64,000 bases of DNA from the NCBI GenBank assembly GCA_964187785.1, contig OZ076409.1, positions 30,196,001 to 30,260,000 on the forward strand, given 5' to 3'. A program made the translations under genes and the position numbers. The notes beneath the pieces are model-generated. The model was not told where the DNA came from, searched no databases, and saw only the letters and a list, made by a program, of their open reading frames with translations. This DNA is from Amphiscolops sp. MND2022. Its lineage: Eukaryota. Below are positions 32,102-44,969 of this stretch, piece by piece; within the stretch, counting starts at the first letter, position 1; each line of letters begins with the position of its first letter.

Positions 32102-35100
32102 CTGGATTCTCTTCCGGAGTCGTCGAGTTGGTGAAGATAAGAGAGTAGACTTCAATTGAAATTATGCAGAGAGTGGGAAATTTCATTCAGAAGAAATTAA
32201 ACTTGGCGTCTTTGATTTGGCTTAAGAGAAACAGTGAGTCAGCTTTTGATCACTCATAAATGTGTGTCAATTTAATTTGGAGTTCACGACATACTCCCCA
32301 CTGGCAGATGTTCTTTTTTGATCAGATTTTCATCATCGTCCAAAGTATCTTCAAGGCGTTTTAAAGCTTTAGTGAAAGCTTTTCGCCGTGGTCCGCATTC
32401 ACTGCTCAGATTTATCTCGATGTCTTCGGGTTCTTCAATGTGCGGTAATGTTGAGAGGATTCATGCATTGATGAGATGTGACGGTGTCACTGCTGTTCGT
32501 GTTATAGGTGTTGCGTCGCTTTCCACGTATGTTTGGGGTCTGTTGTTGACTGTGGTTTCGGTTTCTTTAGGATCGTCCGTAGTTCTGTTTGTGTCAGTAA
32601 AGCCTCTAGGAGAATTTTTTGACAATAGCGACAAGTCTTTCGTACAATTCCTCCCATGCCCGTGATCTTCCAGGATTGTGTATCCATTTGATTTGGTGCT
32701 TACTGAAGTGTTGTTGATAGCGTTCTTCCAGAAAAGTCTTGATTGCTGATTCTCCTGCAATGAATCAAGTTGCATTATCCGATTCAACTGTTGTTGGAAT
32801 GGATTTTCCCGCGCAGTAACGGCGGAACGCGAGCAAAAGTTTTTCGGCTGTTAGATCTGTCACAAGTTCGAGATGTGCTGCACGCGTGATGCAGCAGGTG
32901 GAAATTGCGAGGTAGCTTTTGGAATGTTTTACGGTGTTGGATTTGACGAAGAGGTGTCCTGTATATTAAATTCCGACAGCACAGGGTGGTGCTGAGTTGA
33001 TGCGATAGCTTGGTAGCGCTGGTTGGTTCGGGTATCTTTAACTTCTGCTGTCTATGCAGCGGCAGGTGTTGCATTTCCTGAGAATCTTCTGGGTCAAGCT
33101 TCCTCCTCTGGGTATCCAAAACTGTGTTCTTAAGTGTATTAAAGTTGCTCTTGTTCCGAAGTGTAGAGTTCACTTTTGGCAGTCTTCCACAATCAGCTTT
33201 GCGAAATGATCCTTGACATCTTCGGGTTTACCCTGTATTGCTGTGATTGTTACTGCGTTGAGTTTGGTCTGTGTTAAGGATATCTTCGGGTCTACCAAGT
33301 CTTTCAGTATAGGTTCCTATCTGTTGAGTTTTTGTTTCGAGGGTATCGTCGAGCTTACCCACTGTTGATTATTCTTGCTTTCTAGGGATGAAAGTTGCGT
33401 TTTCCAATGGTTCCGAGATGTCTTGATGAGTTGTCTTCAACTTCTCTAAGACCCTAAGTGATGGGCATGCCACCAAAGTTGTTGTCGGGATTCTTTCGAC
33501 TGACTTATGCGGGTAGCAATGTCGGCTGGATTGAGGTCCGTTGGAATGAAGAAAAAACTACATCTGTAGTTATTGATCATGTTCACTCGGTTGCGACCGA
33601 AAGTCTTCAGTGTCTTGGTTGCTTTGAGCCAAGCCAGGCAACCTTGTGAATCGCTCATTCTGTGGTTTCAATTTGTAAATCTGAGAGCGAGCTATCCAAA
33701 TTTGTTCAGGCGCTTTTTCTCTGTAATTGGTATATGTCTTGGTCTTACGAATAATGCCTAAATCGACAGCAATTGATTTCCATTTTTTCTTCTGTTTTGG
33801 TAGTTCTTCGATGTCCAATTTTCTTTCCAAAGGTCTCTCATGAAGAGTTTGGCTTTGAGTTATGTTGAGGCTGTCCATCCAAAAGGGTCAAAATGTGTCG
33901 CAAACTGGCTGAAAATTTTTTTTGTCCAAACGATTCCGAGTGTTGCTTGAATGGTTCCAGTGATAACTGATCTTCTTCGGTGGTCCACTGTAGTCCAAGG
34001 ACGTATCTCGTTTTCCGGCAATTCGTTGCTGTTCCACGCGATTCATTATGTTTGAATGGTTTGAAGTCCATTCGCGAATGTTCAGTGATGCTTCGTGAAA
34101 GAGCTTTCTGGTCCTTTCAGAGTAACTTTTTGCTTTTGTGTCGGTTCCCGTGACCAGGTTGTCCACAAGTTTGTTCTTTCCAATGTCCAGTGCTGTGTGC
34201 TCCAGGTTGTGTATCTGTAGATGGTGCTGTAAAACGGCTGCGAGGATGAAAGAAGTTGCTCGAGATGGTGGACAGCTAGTTGTCCAGTTCCTTGATCTTC
34301 GTCTTCGGGATTGCGTAGTTAGTAGAATCTCAAGTTTCTTCGGTCTTCTTCTTTGTTTTCACTTGGAGAAAAGCTTTTTCGAGATCTGGTGTCCAGGCAA
34401 TTCGATTTAGTCGGAATTTGAAGAGTAATTCAACTAGGCTGTTTGTTAAACTGGGTCCTTCCCAGAGAAAGTCGTTGAGTGACATTCCCAACCTTTTGTC
34501 TCTGCAACTGGCGTCAAAGACAACCCTGACTTTGGTGTGAATCGAGTCACCTTTGTAGACGGCATGCCAGGGCAGATAGCTGCACTTGTCGTCTTTTTAG
34601 TTCAGGCTGTTGAATCCGCATCTTTGGTATTCTCCAAAAATGTCCTTCAGCTTCTGGAAGAGTTGTTTGTCGGTTGAAACTTTCCCGATCATTTTTCTTG
34701 CTCTGTAATATCCTATGTGTCTCTTTGTCGGGATCTTTCATTTGTCACATTCGGGTGTCCATGGTAGAGATGCTGTATATTGTCCTGTTTCCGGGTTCTG
34801 GACTAAATTGTGAAAAAAGTCATCTTATTGAATAACTTGTGATCGGTAAACGTTGGGCCCATCTAGTATCCATTCGAAGAGCTGCTGTTGTTCTTTGATG
34901 TGTTATTTGTCTGTAACAATGAGAGCTGTTTGTGCTGTTGTGAAGTAACTGTCAATCTGTAGAGCATTGTGTTGGCCACCACTGACCAGATATCCAAATT
35001 TGGCTTCTACTGCGGCTGTTTTATTGTTTAGATGGAAGATTCCGTCTTTTTCCACTGAGTATTGAAAGTCTGATGCGATGAAGTGGTCGATTTCTCTTCC

Positions 35101-36677
35101 TTCGTTGACTGGTTCCACAACAGGCTAGTCCTTCAGTTGTTCTTCTTGTCAAAGTTTCGGTCTACAGAGCTTCGGTGCAACAATTGCTTTCAGTTGAACA
35201 TGTCCTTTGGCTTTGATGTGATGTTGCTTATGTTGTACTATCTGTCCGTTTTGTCTTCCGATCCAATTTGTGAAATGCTAAGTCGTTAATGTGATGTTGT
35301 AGGTTGCTGAAGGTTCTGCGCTAGGTTGAGAGCGCAAATGGTGTCGGAGTTTCCGTCGTCCAGTAGAAGTGCTGCTCTCACGGTTTTGATTCCACTTGGT
35401 GCCGTTGCCATAAATGTCTTTAGGATCCCGCTCTGAATGTAGTAGGTGAAGTCTGATTGTATTTCTGTTGTATTTTGCTGTGTCTTCTTTTCTCCGATGC
35501 TGAAAATGCTTTTCTCCGATCCTCAAGAAGTGCTGTGTGGTGTTTTTGTTTAGATGCAAAAAACGATCCATTTTGGTGTTTTTGAGATAATTGAAACATA
35601 GTCCTTTCCGTTTGGCTACTTCGAGGCGATCTTTAACGTTGGTGCATTTCAGGCCGTCGCTGGCGCGATGCGATGATCCACAGAAAGAACACTCCGCAAA
35701 TGGTTTGGTTTTTTCTATGTAGTCTTCCGTTCTGTATCCAGTTTCGTGTTGTGTTTTTGAATTTTGTGTTTGGTAGGTGTAAAGGCAGTAAGATGGGAAG
35801 CTCGAAACATCTTTAAACGGTAGCATCTCTAGCTTCGGGACTCTTGTATTCGTTTGTTGGAGGGTGCTGTTTCCACCGGAGTTTCTTCTTTGCTGTGTTG
35901 ATTCATCTCTGACTGTTGAAAGTCTTTTTACCATCTAGTTCAAAAAGACAATTGTCAATTCTTCGACGGTAATAGTTTTTTCCCATGGCTTCAATTTCTT
36001 CGTTTTTCTTTGACGGTCTTCAAGTTATGCCAGGGCTTTCAGTGTTGTATCTTCATTTGGTAGAAATTCTAATAATAACCGGCTATTAATAACCGTCGCA
36101 TATAACCCTTGTGAGTTTCAATCGCAGTTATTGCGGTTCGTCAATGATGCTTCCTGTTGGCTGTATGGCTTCCATTTGATTTACACCTGTTGGAGATCAT
36201 GGTCTGGACACCATTGTATAATTTTACTCGTCGAGAAAATAATCGTTATAAATGAAATATTGCGTTGTGTTGAGTTTTGATAAAAATGGGAATTATGTTC
36301 GATTTGAAATGCAGGGTTTAAATAATGTTAACTAAATGGTAGAGCTGATAAAGGTTGTCGTTCAAGAATTAGGGGGTTTGTTGTAATCTTACTCTATTCA
36401 AGGAACTTCTATCCAAATCCTTTTGTGGCACTTGTTGCCCAGAAAAATTATGTGGATCTTACTTTGGAAAACTGTTGAAATTCCTTGTGGATTCCCTTCT
36501 GGAGTCGTCGAGTTGTTGAAGATAAGAGAGTAGACTTCAATCAGAATTATGGAGAGTGAAAAGTTTCATTCAAAAGTAATTAAACTTGGCGTCTTTGATT
36601 TGGCTTTAGAGAAATGAGTCAGCTTCTGATCACTCATAATTGTGAGTTTATTCTCAATTTGGTTGGAGTTCACGACA
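32102..36677 (-). mobile_element. Degenerate Bel/Pao LTR retrotransposon with both LTRs (3' LTR truncated)
   Basis: LTR repeats ending ttggagttcacgaca at 32291 and 36677; PPT GGGGAGTA before the 3' LTR; TGGTG PBS-like at 36213 downward; gag knuckle CSFCGSSH..C..VKDRL...KGLCFN; RT RVVFDAS, LNDFLWEGP, WTSNH; FIPTDLNPADIATR. Confidence 0.92.
36215..36677 (-). repeat. 5' LTR (TGT...ACA, ~463 bp)
   Basis: Begins TGTCGTGAAC on the minus strand and ends ATACA, 1 nt before TGGTGTCCAGACC; about 190 bp match 32102-32291. Confidence 0.8.
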
Positions 36678-36864
36678 GTCAATGTTGATCTTAGGGATGA
36701 AAAATTAAATGTACTGGTTCATTCCAATTGTTTTCCCCATCATTGATTCAGGAGGTTTGTTTGAAGATCCATAGTGAAAGTTACTGTTTTCAGCATGATG
36801 GAGTTTATTTCCTGCAACAAGTGCACTATGAAGGAGGTTGTAAAGTTTTTCTCTTGCATTTCAG

Positions 36865-37021
36865 GAAGCTGAAGGACGTTTCGCTGAATCAAACCAAACA
36901 TTCAATCAGTGCCACAAAAAGCATCCAAAAGGACAAATCAATTCTGGCCAAAGAGAAAAAACGTCAAGTAAAAGAGATCAGAGAGAATGTAGTGAAAAAT
37001 TGCATCGCCGAAAGAGAGAAG
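36865..37021 (+). CDS. PLCB4: PLC-beta exon, CTD coiled coil
   Basis: catttcag acceptor phase 2, AAG/gtgagt donor; KLKDVSLNQTKHSISATKSIQKDKSILAKEKKRQVKEIRENVVKNCIAEREK resembles PLCB4 (Q.K.S....K.I..DKSI..K.E..R...E). Confidence 0.88.
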
Positions 37022-37469
37022 GTGAGTGAAAAGGAGTATTCGGCTATAGTCGATTGCATATCAATCCATCACTTGCATCAGCGCTGTTCATTGGTTCTAT
37101 CGAAAAGTGAGTGGTGTGACTGTAAGTTCTTATCCACCAAATGATGCCACAAATATTTTCATTTGCCTCACCACTGGTTCAAAAATTGACTGCTGTCGAT
37201 CATTTCATTCTACCTAAACATTTTTGTTAAATCTGTTACTTTAAAGTGGTCTTCAAAAAAGTCACTACTATGGTCTGTGATTTCTATTAAAGCTCCGATT
37301 GTTAATGAAACCAAAATTTATTCAACTTAACGAGTTCTGAAGAAAACACAAGGCAGTGTATTGTACCTGGAATACAGCGAGCGTGATTGACCACAACGAA
37401 ACAGAATCAATTATATTGGGCCTTTAAAGTCAAAAATTGGTTACAATCGAGTAATCATGAACTGAACTT

Positions 37470-37887
37470 AGGGCTTTCAATTCAATTTTTGAACTGCTGG
37501 GCTGGGGGGGGGGGGCTTGTGCGGAAAGTTTTTTTGCGCGAAGTCCTTTGCAAAACTTTGCACGCCTCGTGTCTCTGACTGCATTTCAGCTTGGTTCAAA
37601 AAATGCAAGGGCCATTTTGACCCAGTCTTGTCCTCAGTGGGATAAAGTGGCCACACAAGAAAATAGGAAAAACTGAAATTTTGCACTCATTTTTTTGATT
37701 TTTTGGTCCCGTTTTGATTTTGGAGACATCAAGTAAACGATCCGTGAAAATGCGTGCAATGCTATGTAATAGGGTCTGAAAATCTCATTCAAGGGTTTTG
37801 GTTACCATACGGTCATACTGGCGCCTTTAGAAGTTTGCAGATCTTAACCAAAAAGTTTGCAAAAAGGTTCCACGGTGCTATTTAGGG
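37470..37887. mobile_element. Truncated piggyBac-type MITE related to 14447-14970
   Basis: Shares gctttcaatt..caaaactttgcacgc..gtgtctctga..ttagaagtttgcaga; right end TAGGG-TTAA. Confidence 0.75.
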
Positions 37888-38013
37888 TTAAACAATCATT
37901 TTTCGCATCTTCAATTATAGAAACTAAAACGTTATCGACGAAGAGACTGTTTAGAAAACACAATTGATTCCGAACGATCAATGATAATATTAATTTTATT
38001 GAGTGTATTTCAG

Positions 38014-38100
38014 TTGCAAGTTGAACAGAGAAAGAAAACGAATCAGCTACGAAAGCGCCAAGAAAAGGAAATGACTTTCCTGGAAAGAGAAACAAACCTT
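38014..38100 (+). CDS. PLCB4: PLC-beta exon, end of CTD coiled coil
   Basis: tatttcag acceptor, gttagt donor, 87 nt, phase 0; LQVEQRKKTNQLRKRQEKEMTFLERETNL. Confidence 0.82.
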
Positions 38101-38427
38101 GTTAGTTATAAACTTCATTTTCTGCAATTCACTTTCAATTTTTAGTTGATTTTGGGCGGTGATGATTTTTTGTTCTTGGTATTTTGGTATTATTCAGTTA
38201 GTAATCTTGTTCAAAATTTATCAACTCATCGATGTAATATTGTGTTTCCTTTCAGCATCGATACATATTGTAAAATTTTGTGCGGCTTAAATGTTTTTAA
38301 AAAATTTTCTTGAGACACCGTGGATAATAAATAATAATAAATTTATTTATCCTGTTTTCAATACAAAAATTATTCAATTTATATGTTTCTCGAGCTGGAG
38401 ACTGAAGTTAAGTTAGGATGTCATTAA

Positions 38428-38975
38428 CCCCAATTGACCTGGGCGTTTTTTAAACTTTTCAAAAAAAATTGACAAAAATTTTTCAATCATCAATATCTCC
38501 CCAACTACGCGTACCAGAGGAACGAACTATAGCGCGTTTGAAAGCTCTGATATTGGGCTTTCATTTTGGTCAGCTGAGCCCCTGTCATCGCGCGCCCCTT
38601 CCTTCAGAATTTTAGTCTCTTTTCCGCACTTCCGCGGTAGTTCCGCACTAACAATATTTTAGGGTTTTGTTGCACCAGGACTTGTTGTGGAAGGATATGT
38701 GGTTGGTTTTTTCTACTGATCAAAGACTTTTGAGAAAACTGGATTTCGTCAAAAACTGAATTTTGAGAAAATATAACTATTTTTGGTGCAAAAAAAACAT
38801 TCTTCTCAGCTTTGGAGACATATTCCCTTTTTCTAATGCTTGTGCCATTCAAATCAATCTAGGTACCAATTACTTGTTGAAAAAAACTGTGCTAGAGAAA
38901 ATGGGCTACTGGCAAAAGGAATCAGAATTTGGAAGAAAGGTAGGCTGCTTTAAAGCACCACTAGGTTCATTGGGG
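38428..38975. mobile_element. piggyBac-type MITE (second family)
   Basis: TTAA-CCCCAATTGACCT ... AGGTTCATTGGGG-TTAA. Confidence 0.82.
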
Positions 38976-39469
38976 TTAAGATGGAGTTCAGAGGTTAGAA
39001 ATTTTCTCAAAACGCCTCCACAGGAGACATTTTTTGAACTAGTGTGAACATTTCTGTACAGCCTTCCGATTACACGTTTAACTTTGACGTAGCGCACAAG
39101 AAGGCTCTCTGAAGAAATGAATTCGTTGAGAAATCGGCCTAAAACGAGCGAAAAACGCAGAAATCCCGGATTTTTCTACAATTGCCTTCAAATATAATTC
39201 TATTCTCTTTCCTCTTCACATACACTTCCATTCCTCCATCTGCTAACTGCGAATTGTATAACCCTGAGGAAGGGCTACATCGGACATGGACCGTCCAATT
39301 GAGTACAGGCAGTTAGAAATGCAGGTGAAAAGTAGAGATGGTAGAGCACCTTTTCTTTGAAAAAATGACCCCAGCCGTTTTAAACTCTCGGGAATTTTCT
39401 TGACGACTGGATTCACCACATCTAGCCATACCGATACTTTAAATTAGTTGTAAGTCGGGAAGCAATACG

Positions 39470-39953
39470 TTTTTAGTCGGCGCTTTATCCTTTAAGGAAA
39501 AATGCCCGACTATAGCAGTGACCTTTTTTCTCTTGAGACTACAATCCTCACACTGATCGGTCCACTTTTTAGAAACAATCCTGAAACCAACTAAGGCCAA
39601 GTCCGGCCCAGGCAAACTTGCAAACTTAATTCAAAGGGTCCCCCTTTCATTTTTTACTTTTTCAAGGGAACATACACATCCAGACGTGCCTGAAGGGTCC
39701 CCCCCCCACTTTGGATTTTTTTCGGCACTGTGCGACTTTTTTCCGAAAATTTTCAAAGTCCCCCTTTCAAGTTTTTTGATATTTTGCAACAGAATGTATG
39801 TTATAAAATCCCGAAGGGTCCCCCTTTTACATTTTCAGCACTATGCGACTTTTTGTGAAAGAAAAAATTTCAAAACTTTCAGTTTTCTCCAAAATAGTTT
39901 TGCGCTTTTTGAGCTTTAGATATTGCGTCGACTTTAGACGTTCTCGTCTTGTT
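39470..39953 (+). mobile_element. HINE/DINE-like element, family A
   Basis: TTTTAGTCGGCGCTTTATCC ... GTCGACTTTAGACGTTCTCGTCTTGTT; close copy at 59231-59713. Confidence 0.82.
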
Positions 39954-39959
39954 AAATAT

Positions 39960-42900
39960 AAAGCTATTCCGGAATTCTATACTCAATAAATTCAAGATGT
40001 GATCAATCAAAAGTATTTTCACTTTCCAGACCTAAGTGTCACTCTTTTATTCAAATCAAAGAGAGAATCAACTGGTTCTTGGTTTCTAGAAGGAAAGTAT
40101 TCGTTAAAAAATAGTCATTGATCCGAGTGAAAAATTTTTAGGCAGATTTCCCCGAAAATTCAGTTCATTGAAAAACGTCGGCACTGTGTGATACAGAATT
40201 CTTACAATGCTTGTTACGGGTTATTGGCACTTGTGCTCTTTCTGCCACCCGTAGTTCGTAACAAGATGTAGTTTGTTGGGTTATCATCGAATTAAGAAAC
40301 TCAAGGCAATGTTCTTTTTTCAGGCATTTCAGAATGATTTTTGTAATTTCATACAAATGAAATTCATAAACAGTATGAATTTTATTGCTGTTCATCACTT
40401 CCCTGACACTAGCTGAGAAGCTCAGGTGAAAGATACATCTAATTCTTTTTTGCATCTTCAAAATGGGTTGCAAATTCGAATACATGGTTCCTCCATATAT
40501 GAGCACTCCATACTGAATTATTGGTTTGACATGAGTTTTATAGTAGATCAACAACGAAGATTGCGTCAGCACTTGACGTGCCTTCAACAAAACATGGAAA
40601 CATTTATTCTATTTTTTCTTACCCAATTCAATGTGGTCCTTAAATGTAGGTTCATCAACTAGAACTCCCAGTTCTTTCACACTTGAAGCTTTTTTCAATG
40701 CAATGCTTTCGAACTTCAAGCTTTCGAGTTCGTGTTCTTTGTTACCGAAGATTTCCGGCTTTGATTTTTCAAGATTGCATTTTAATTTTTTGTACTTCAT
40801 CCATTCATCAATCGTGTGAAGTGAGTTGTCCAAAGATAATTGATCTGACTGACTTAAATTTTCAAGAACATTGGTGTTATCGGCAAATTTCGTCACTATG
40901 GCGCTAATGCGATACGGAAGGTCATTAACATGAAGCATGAAAATTAGACGTCCCAATTACCGAACGCTGACTTATAGTGACTTCCACAGTTTCCGAAAAT
41001 TCATTTCCAATTTGCATGTATTGAAATCGGTCGCTCAAATAAGCATGTATCAGTTTGATGATAGGGTTGAAACCTAAGTTGTACAACTTCTCCAACAAAA
41101 GCCTGTGGTTTCTGTATCAGTGGCTTTTTTGAGTTCCAAGATACACATTTTCCTTTCTACTTATTGATGATATGATTGATTCTATCACATTCAAGCGCAT
41201 CGATTGTTTGTCTTTTTCGTCTAAATGTGAATTGATTTCCATCAAGCAAACAAAAGGTATGTGAAAAAGAAACGATGCAATTGTAAATTACTCGTTCAAA
41301 AATTTTGCCAATCCAGACAACATTGAGACATGTCTATAAATGTCAAATTTATTTTTATCTCCGTCTCTGTAGATTGGAATCACTTTAGCTATTTTTAGGC
41401 TTTCCGGAAAATTTCCTTCGCGCGCAGGCATCGGTTGATGAGTATTCGGAGCGGTTCAATATAAGGACCTTATCACTAATTCCATCGGGGCCAAACGAAA
41501 TCTTGTTCTTGTGTTATTGCACAAAATTACAAAGTTCCAAACCAATGACTGGTAGACGAAACATCGATTGCACTCTCGGGGAATGTGGTAGACTCATTTT
41601 TTTAAGGTCAATCGTCTTTTGATTGTTTGAGCCACCTGCTACAAAATAGTTGTTGAAATCATTTAATTTTTTTCTCGATAGCTACGGCATTGTTCGTTCA
41701 TCTCTTTTACCTAGTACTTCATTCAAGTTACTGTGAAATGCTTTGCTATCGGCTCCAATGACCTTGAACTTTCCGTTGGTAAAGACATGTTTTTTTTCTA
41801 TTTATCAATTTATTACGATTTCTCTAGTCTCTAAATCGCTGTTTCAAATTTCCATCATCGGGTGAAAGGCATACTTTCTTATACAACTCATCACGGGGCC
41901 TGATTAGACGTTTACTTCTGTTGTCCACCCATGACTTGTGTATTTTAGTAACCGGACTCTCCGGAGCAAAATGAACCAGAGCAGGATAAATTGGTTGTTC
42001 GCAGTAGTTCCTCGCCATCGTTTATTTCAATGCTCTCTTAGTTGACTGAAAGCAGAATCGATTCTTTATGACTTTTCCGAGGACTTGATATTTCACGAGC
42101 TTCTTCATGTTACGAGTGACAATTTTTCTTTCCGGGGGAAAATTAGTTTTTCGAACCTGACCCACGCCATGAAATTGTCAGTGAATGTACTATGATAAAC
42201 GTGATTTTCAAAGACAGGATTATCGGAGTAGATGTGATCCAAACAAGTTTTGAATTCCTTTGAGCTCTCGTCACTTCTAAAGGGCTTCTGAGTTCAAGAT
42301 TCTTATTTCTCATAATCTGTAATTCTGTCGAGTGAATAGTTGGGACCGAAAGTTCGATTTTGAATTTTCCGGAGACGGAAATTTTGCCATTGTTCGCTCG
42401 CAATCTCATTTATTCAAGTTCCAACCATTCACAATATTGAGATTTAAAAACCTTTCTGACTCTGCGGTAGGTGACGCAAACGATTCCTTCGAAGGATTAC
42501 ATAATTCTCACTATCAACCCTTCATGAGCAGTATCTTTCAGTTGTACTTGGTAGGCAAACCTTCTATCATTAAAGAGGCCCACTACCTCTCTTTTCCCGT
42601 CAGACCTTAACTAATTTTAAGTTACTAATTTGTGGTCACCCAATTTGTTTGGATTGCTGTTTTGTTTTCAGTAACGCACGTTTCGGTGAACGCTATTATG
42701 TTCGCATTGACTGTTTTTGTCTTTAGATAGACTTCAAACTCATCGAAGTGATTGTCTAGTGATCTTTTGTTCGTATTTAGGATTGTTCTTAATGGTTCTT
42801 GGGTTTCACTGCGTTTGCATTGTAAGAAAAATCAGAATTATTCAACGATCTAACATTGTGTTTTTGACAGTTCGTGGAAGAACTAATAATCTCAATTTCA

Positions 42901-43899
42901 GGTTTCTTCTCCAGTTTCACCCCACAAAAGCTGCCCCGTTTGAAGCAGGCCATCACATCATGTAAACTGTAATTGAGAAAAATACCACCATCATCTTATC
43001 CATGTATTCTGCAGACCTTCCACTCGTTTTTCCATGTGACAAAAAATTGTTATTTCTCGGATCCACACTTTCTCCAATCGTGAATCTCTCTTCATCATGT
43101 TAAAGAATTCAAGCCTCGTTCGGGTGAAATTTTCACAGTTTTCGTTGTTTCATCGGAGAATAGTTCCTTCTTTTTCAAATTTATTTTCGCCATCCCTCTG
43201 GAGAATCAATCGAACAATTATAGGGCGCGTTATTCCATTGCGGGCGCGTCAGCGGTGTGCAATTGAAATGATCTCATCTAAACCAGCTTTAAGTTTATTC
43301 CATACTTGAATAACATTTTCGATGGACGTCTCGTATGTTTCCCCTGTATCAGTAGGTGACGTTTTTGGTTCCTCAGGCAAACCCAGTATCCTGACATTGT
43401 CTCTGCGGTTATAGGAATACTGGAATTCAGCCTCTGGTAGCGTTAATAGTGCAATTCAATTTTCACTGGAGGTCACTGTATTTTGAATGCGACTCGTCAA
43501 TTCAACTTTCAGCGACTGTCTGTACTGTATCATTCACCATTTCTTTGATCGACTTTTTCAATTGCGTGGTCAGGTTTGAAATGATATGCGGAACAACTGC
43601 TTGTATGGATTCTTGAATTGTGAGTCGAATGTTTTCAGTCATTTCGTTCGTTTCGTTCGGAGACTCGATACAGCTCATCCACGTTTGTCGTTTGTCTTCG
43701 GCATACGTGTTTGGTATTGGACGCGTAGTACAGGTAAACCGCCCTCTTCAGCGTTAATAATTGCCGTCATTCCGTAATCATCAAAAATTTCACCAGAGAC
43801 ACCCACTTCTGGATGAGATGTGACTTCATTTGAGTTTGCAGTATTGCCATTTTTCACCATATCTAAAACTTTTAAATAAGTTTATCACAACAATCAGGC
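39960..43899 (-). mobile_element. Full-length but decayed CR1/L2-like LINE starting with a leader-like motif
   Basis: ORF1 remnants (ATG at 43860; NRRDNVRILGLPE..ISIAHR); ORF2 remnants (endonuclease GDAN, RT FMLHVNDLP..KFADNT, YYKTHVKPIIQYGVLIYG). Confidence 0.85.
43869..43899 (-). other. Spliced-leader-like 31-mer at the LINE 5' end
   Basis: GCCTGATTGTTGTGATAAACTTATTTAAAAG, ending in AG, 8 nt upstream of the ORF1 ATG (43860); second copy at 13535-13560. Confidence 0.62.
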
Positions 43900-43921
43900 T
43901 AGCTAGTGGATAACCCTGGTA

Positions 43922-44073
43922 CAGTGGATCCCGGATATAATGAACGTCAGCGAAACAACTAGTGGTTTTTCTTACAATCAACGTTCTTATATGCGTGTTT
44001 GAAACTGATTAAATTGGCAGTCTGTGCCAAGATACGTATTTATAAGCGTGTTTCTTATATCCGTGATCCACTG
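43922..44073. mobile_element. Tc1/mariner (pogo-type) MITE
   Basis: TA-CAGTGGATCCCGGATATAA ... TTATATCCGTGATCCACTG-TA. Confidence 0.88.
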
Positions 44074-44201
44074 TACTTGAAATTTACGTTTTTTAAAGAA
44101 GTTCTGCGACTACTCCTCTGCATTTCTTGTCAATCTAAGCAACCATTCTAATCCAAATGTCTCAGATACCGAAATTTAGTATAATTGGATTGTTGTTTCA
44201 G

Positions 44202-44529
44202 GAGATAGATAGCTTGTTGCGTAAGTTAGAAGAAATGAAGTTTGGAGATGGAGGCATTGCAAATGCAGCTGCTGCAGGTGGCCCTGCTACGTCATCACTG
44301 GCATCTGTGCTAAAAACACCCTCGCCCACAACATCTGCACCCTCTTCATCAGTCACTACTCCCACAATCGCCCCAGTGACGTCATCCACTTCTATCTCTA
44401 TCATTGGAGTGACGTCATTGAACGTAGCTGCCTGCTCAGCTACAACTAACACAAATGATAACTCTTCGAAAAGCGCGACGGTATTGTCATCAGACTCCCT
44501 CAAACTCTCGTCCGATTTAGTTTCACAAG
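44202..44529 (+). CDS. PLCB4: PLC-beta exon, low-complexity Ser/Thr/Ala C-terminal extension
   Basis: gtttcag acceptor phase 0, AAG/gtttgt donor phase 1; EIDSLLRKLEEMKFGDGG... open for 109 codons. Confidence 0.75.
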
Positions 44530-44969
44530 GTTTGTTGAATTTCCATTATTGGGTTTGATTGAAGGCTGCTGCAATAACTTTTCTTCTTGAACTCATTGAT
44601 GAAATTTTGAGAACGAATATTGGCCAAAACTTTCTACTTATAGATAAACTTGAACCTCCTCAAGAGAACTTGTATCCTGACTCTTTAAGCCATAGTCGGT
44701 GTAAAGTTAACTGAAAAATAGTTTGTACATTCAATTGCATAATTGATTGCCAAGGTCACTATTTCGCAATTGGTTGATTGCAAAGAAGAAAATATTCGCA
44801 ATTAATTGCAGATAATTTTCCTATACTCCTGATCTTAACACTTTTTGAGACAGTTTCATCAATTATCTGATTTGTCCTCCCCGCAGCTAAACTGAATTCT
44901 AAAAACAACGCAAAACAAAATTTGCTAATCAATTGTTCCTAAACAACATCAATTACTCGTTGATCACAC

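Noticed and set aside
39260..39300. Penelope-type pLTR or hammerhead (ccctgaggaagg)
   Set aside because: No closing GAAAC and no adjacent GIY-YIG or RT sequence.
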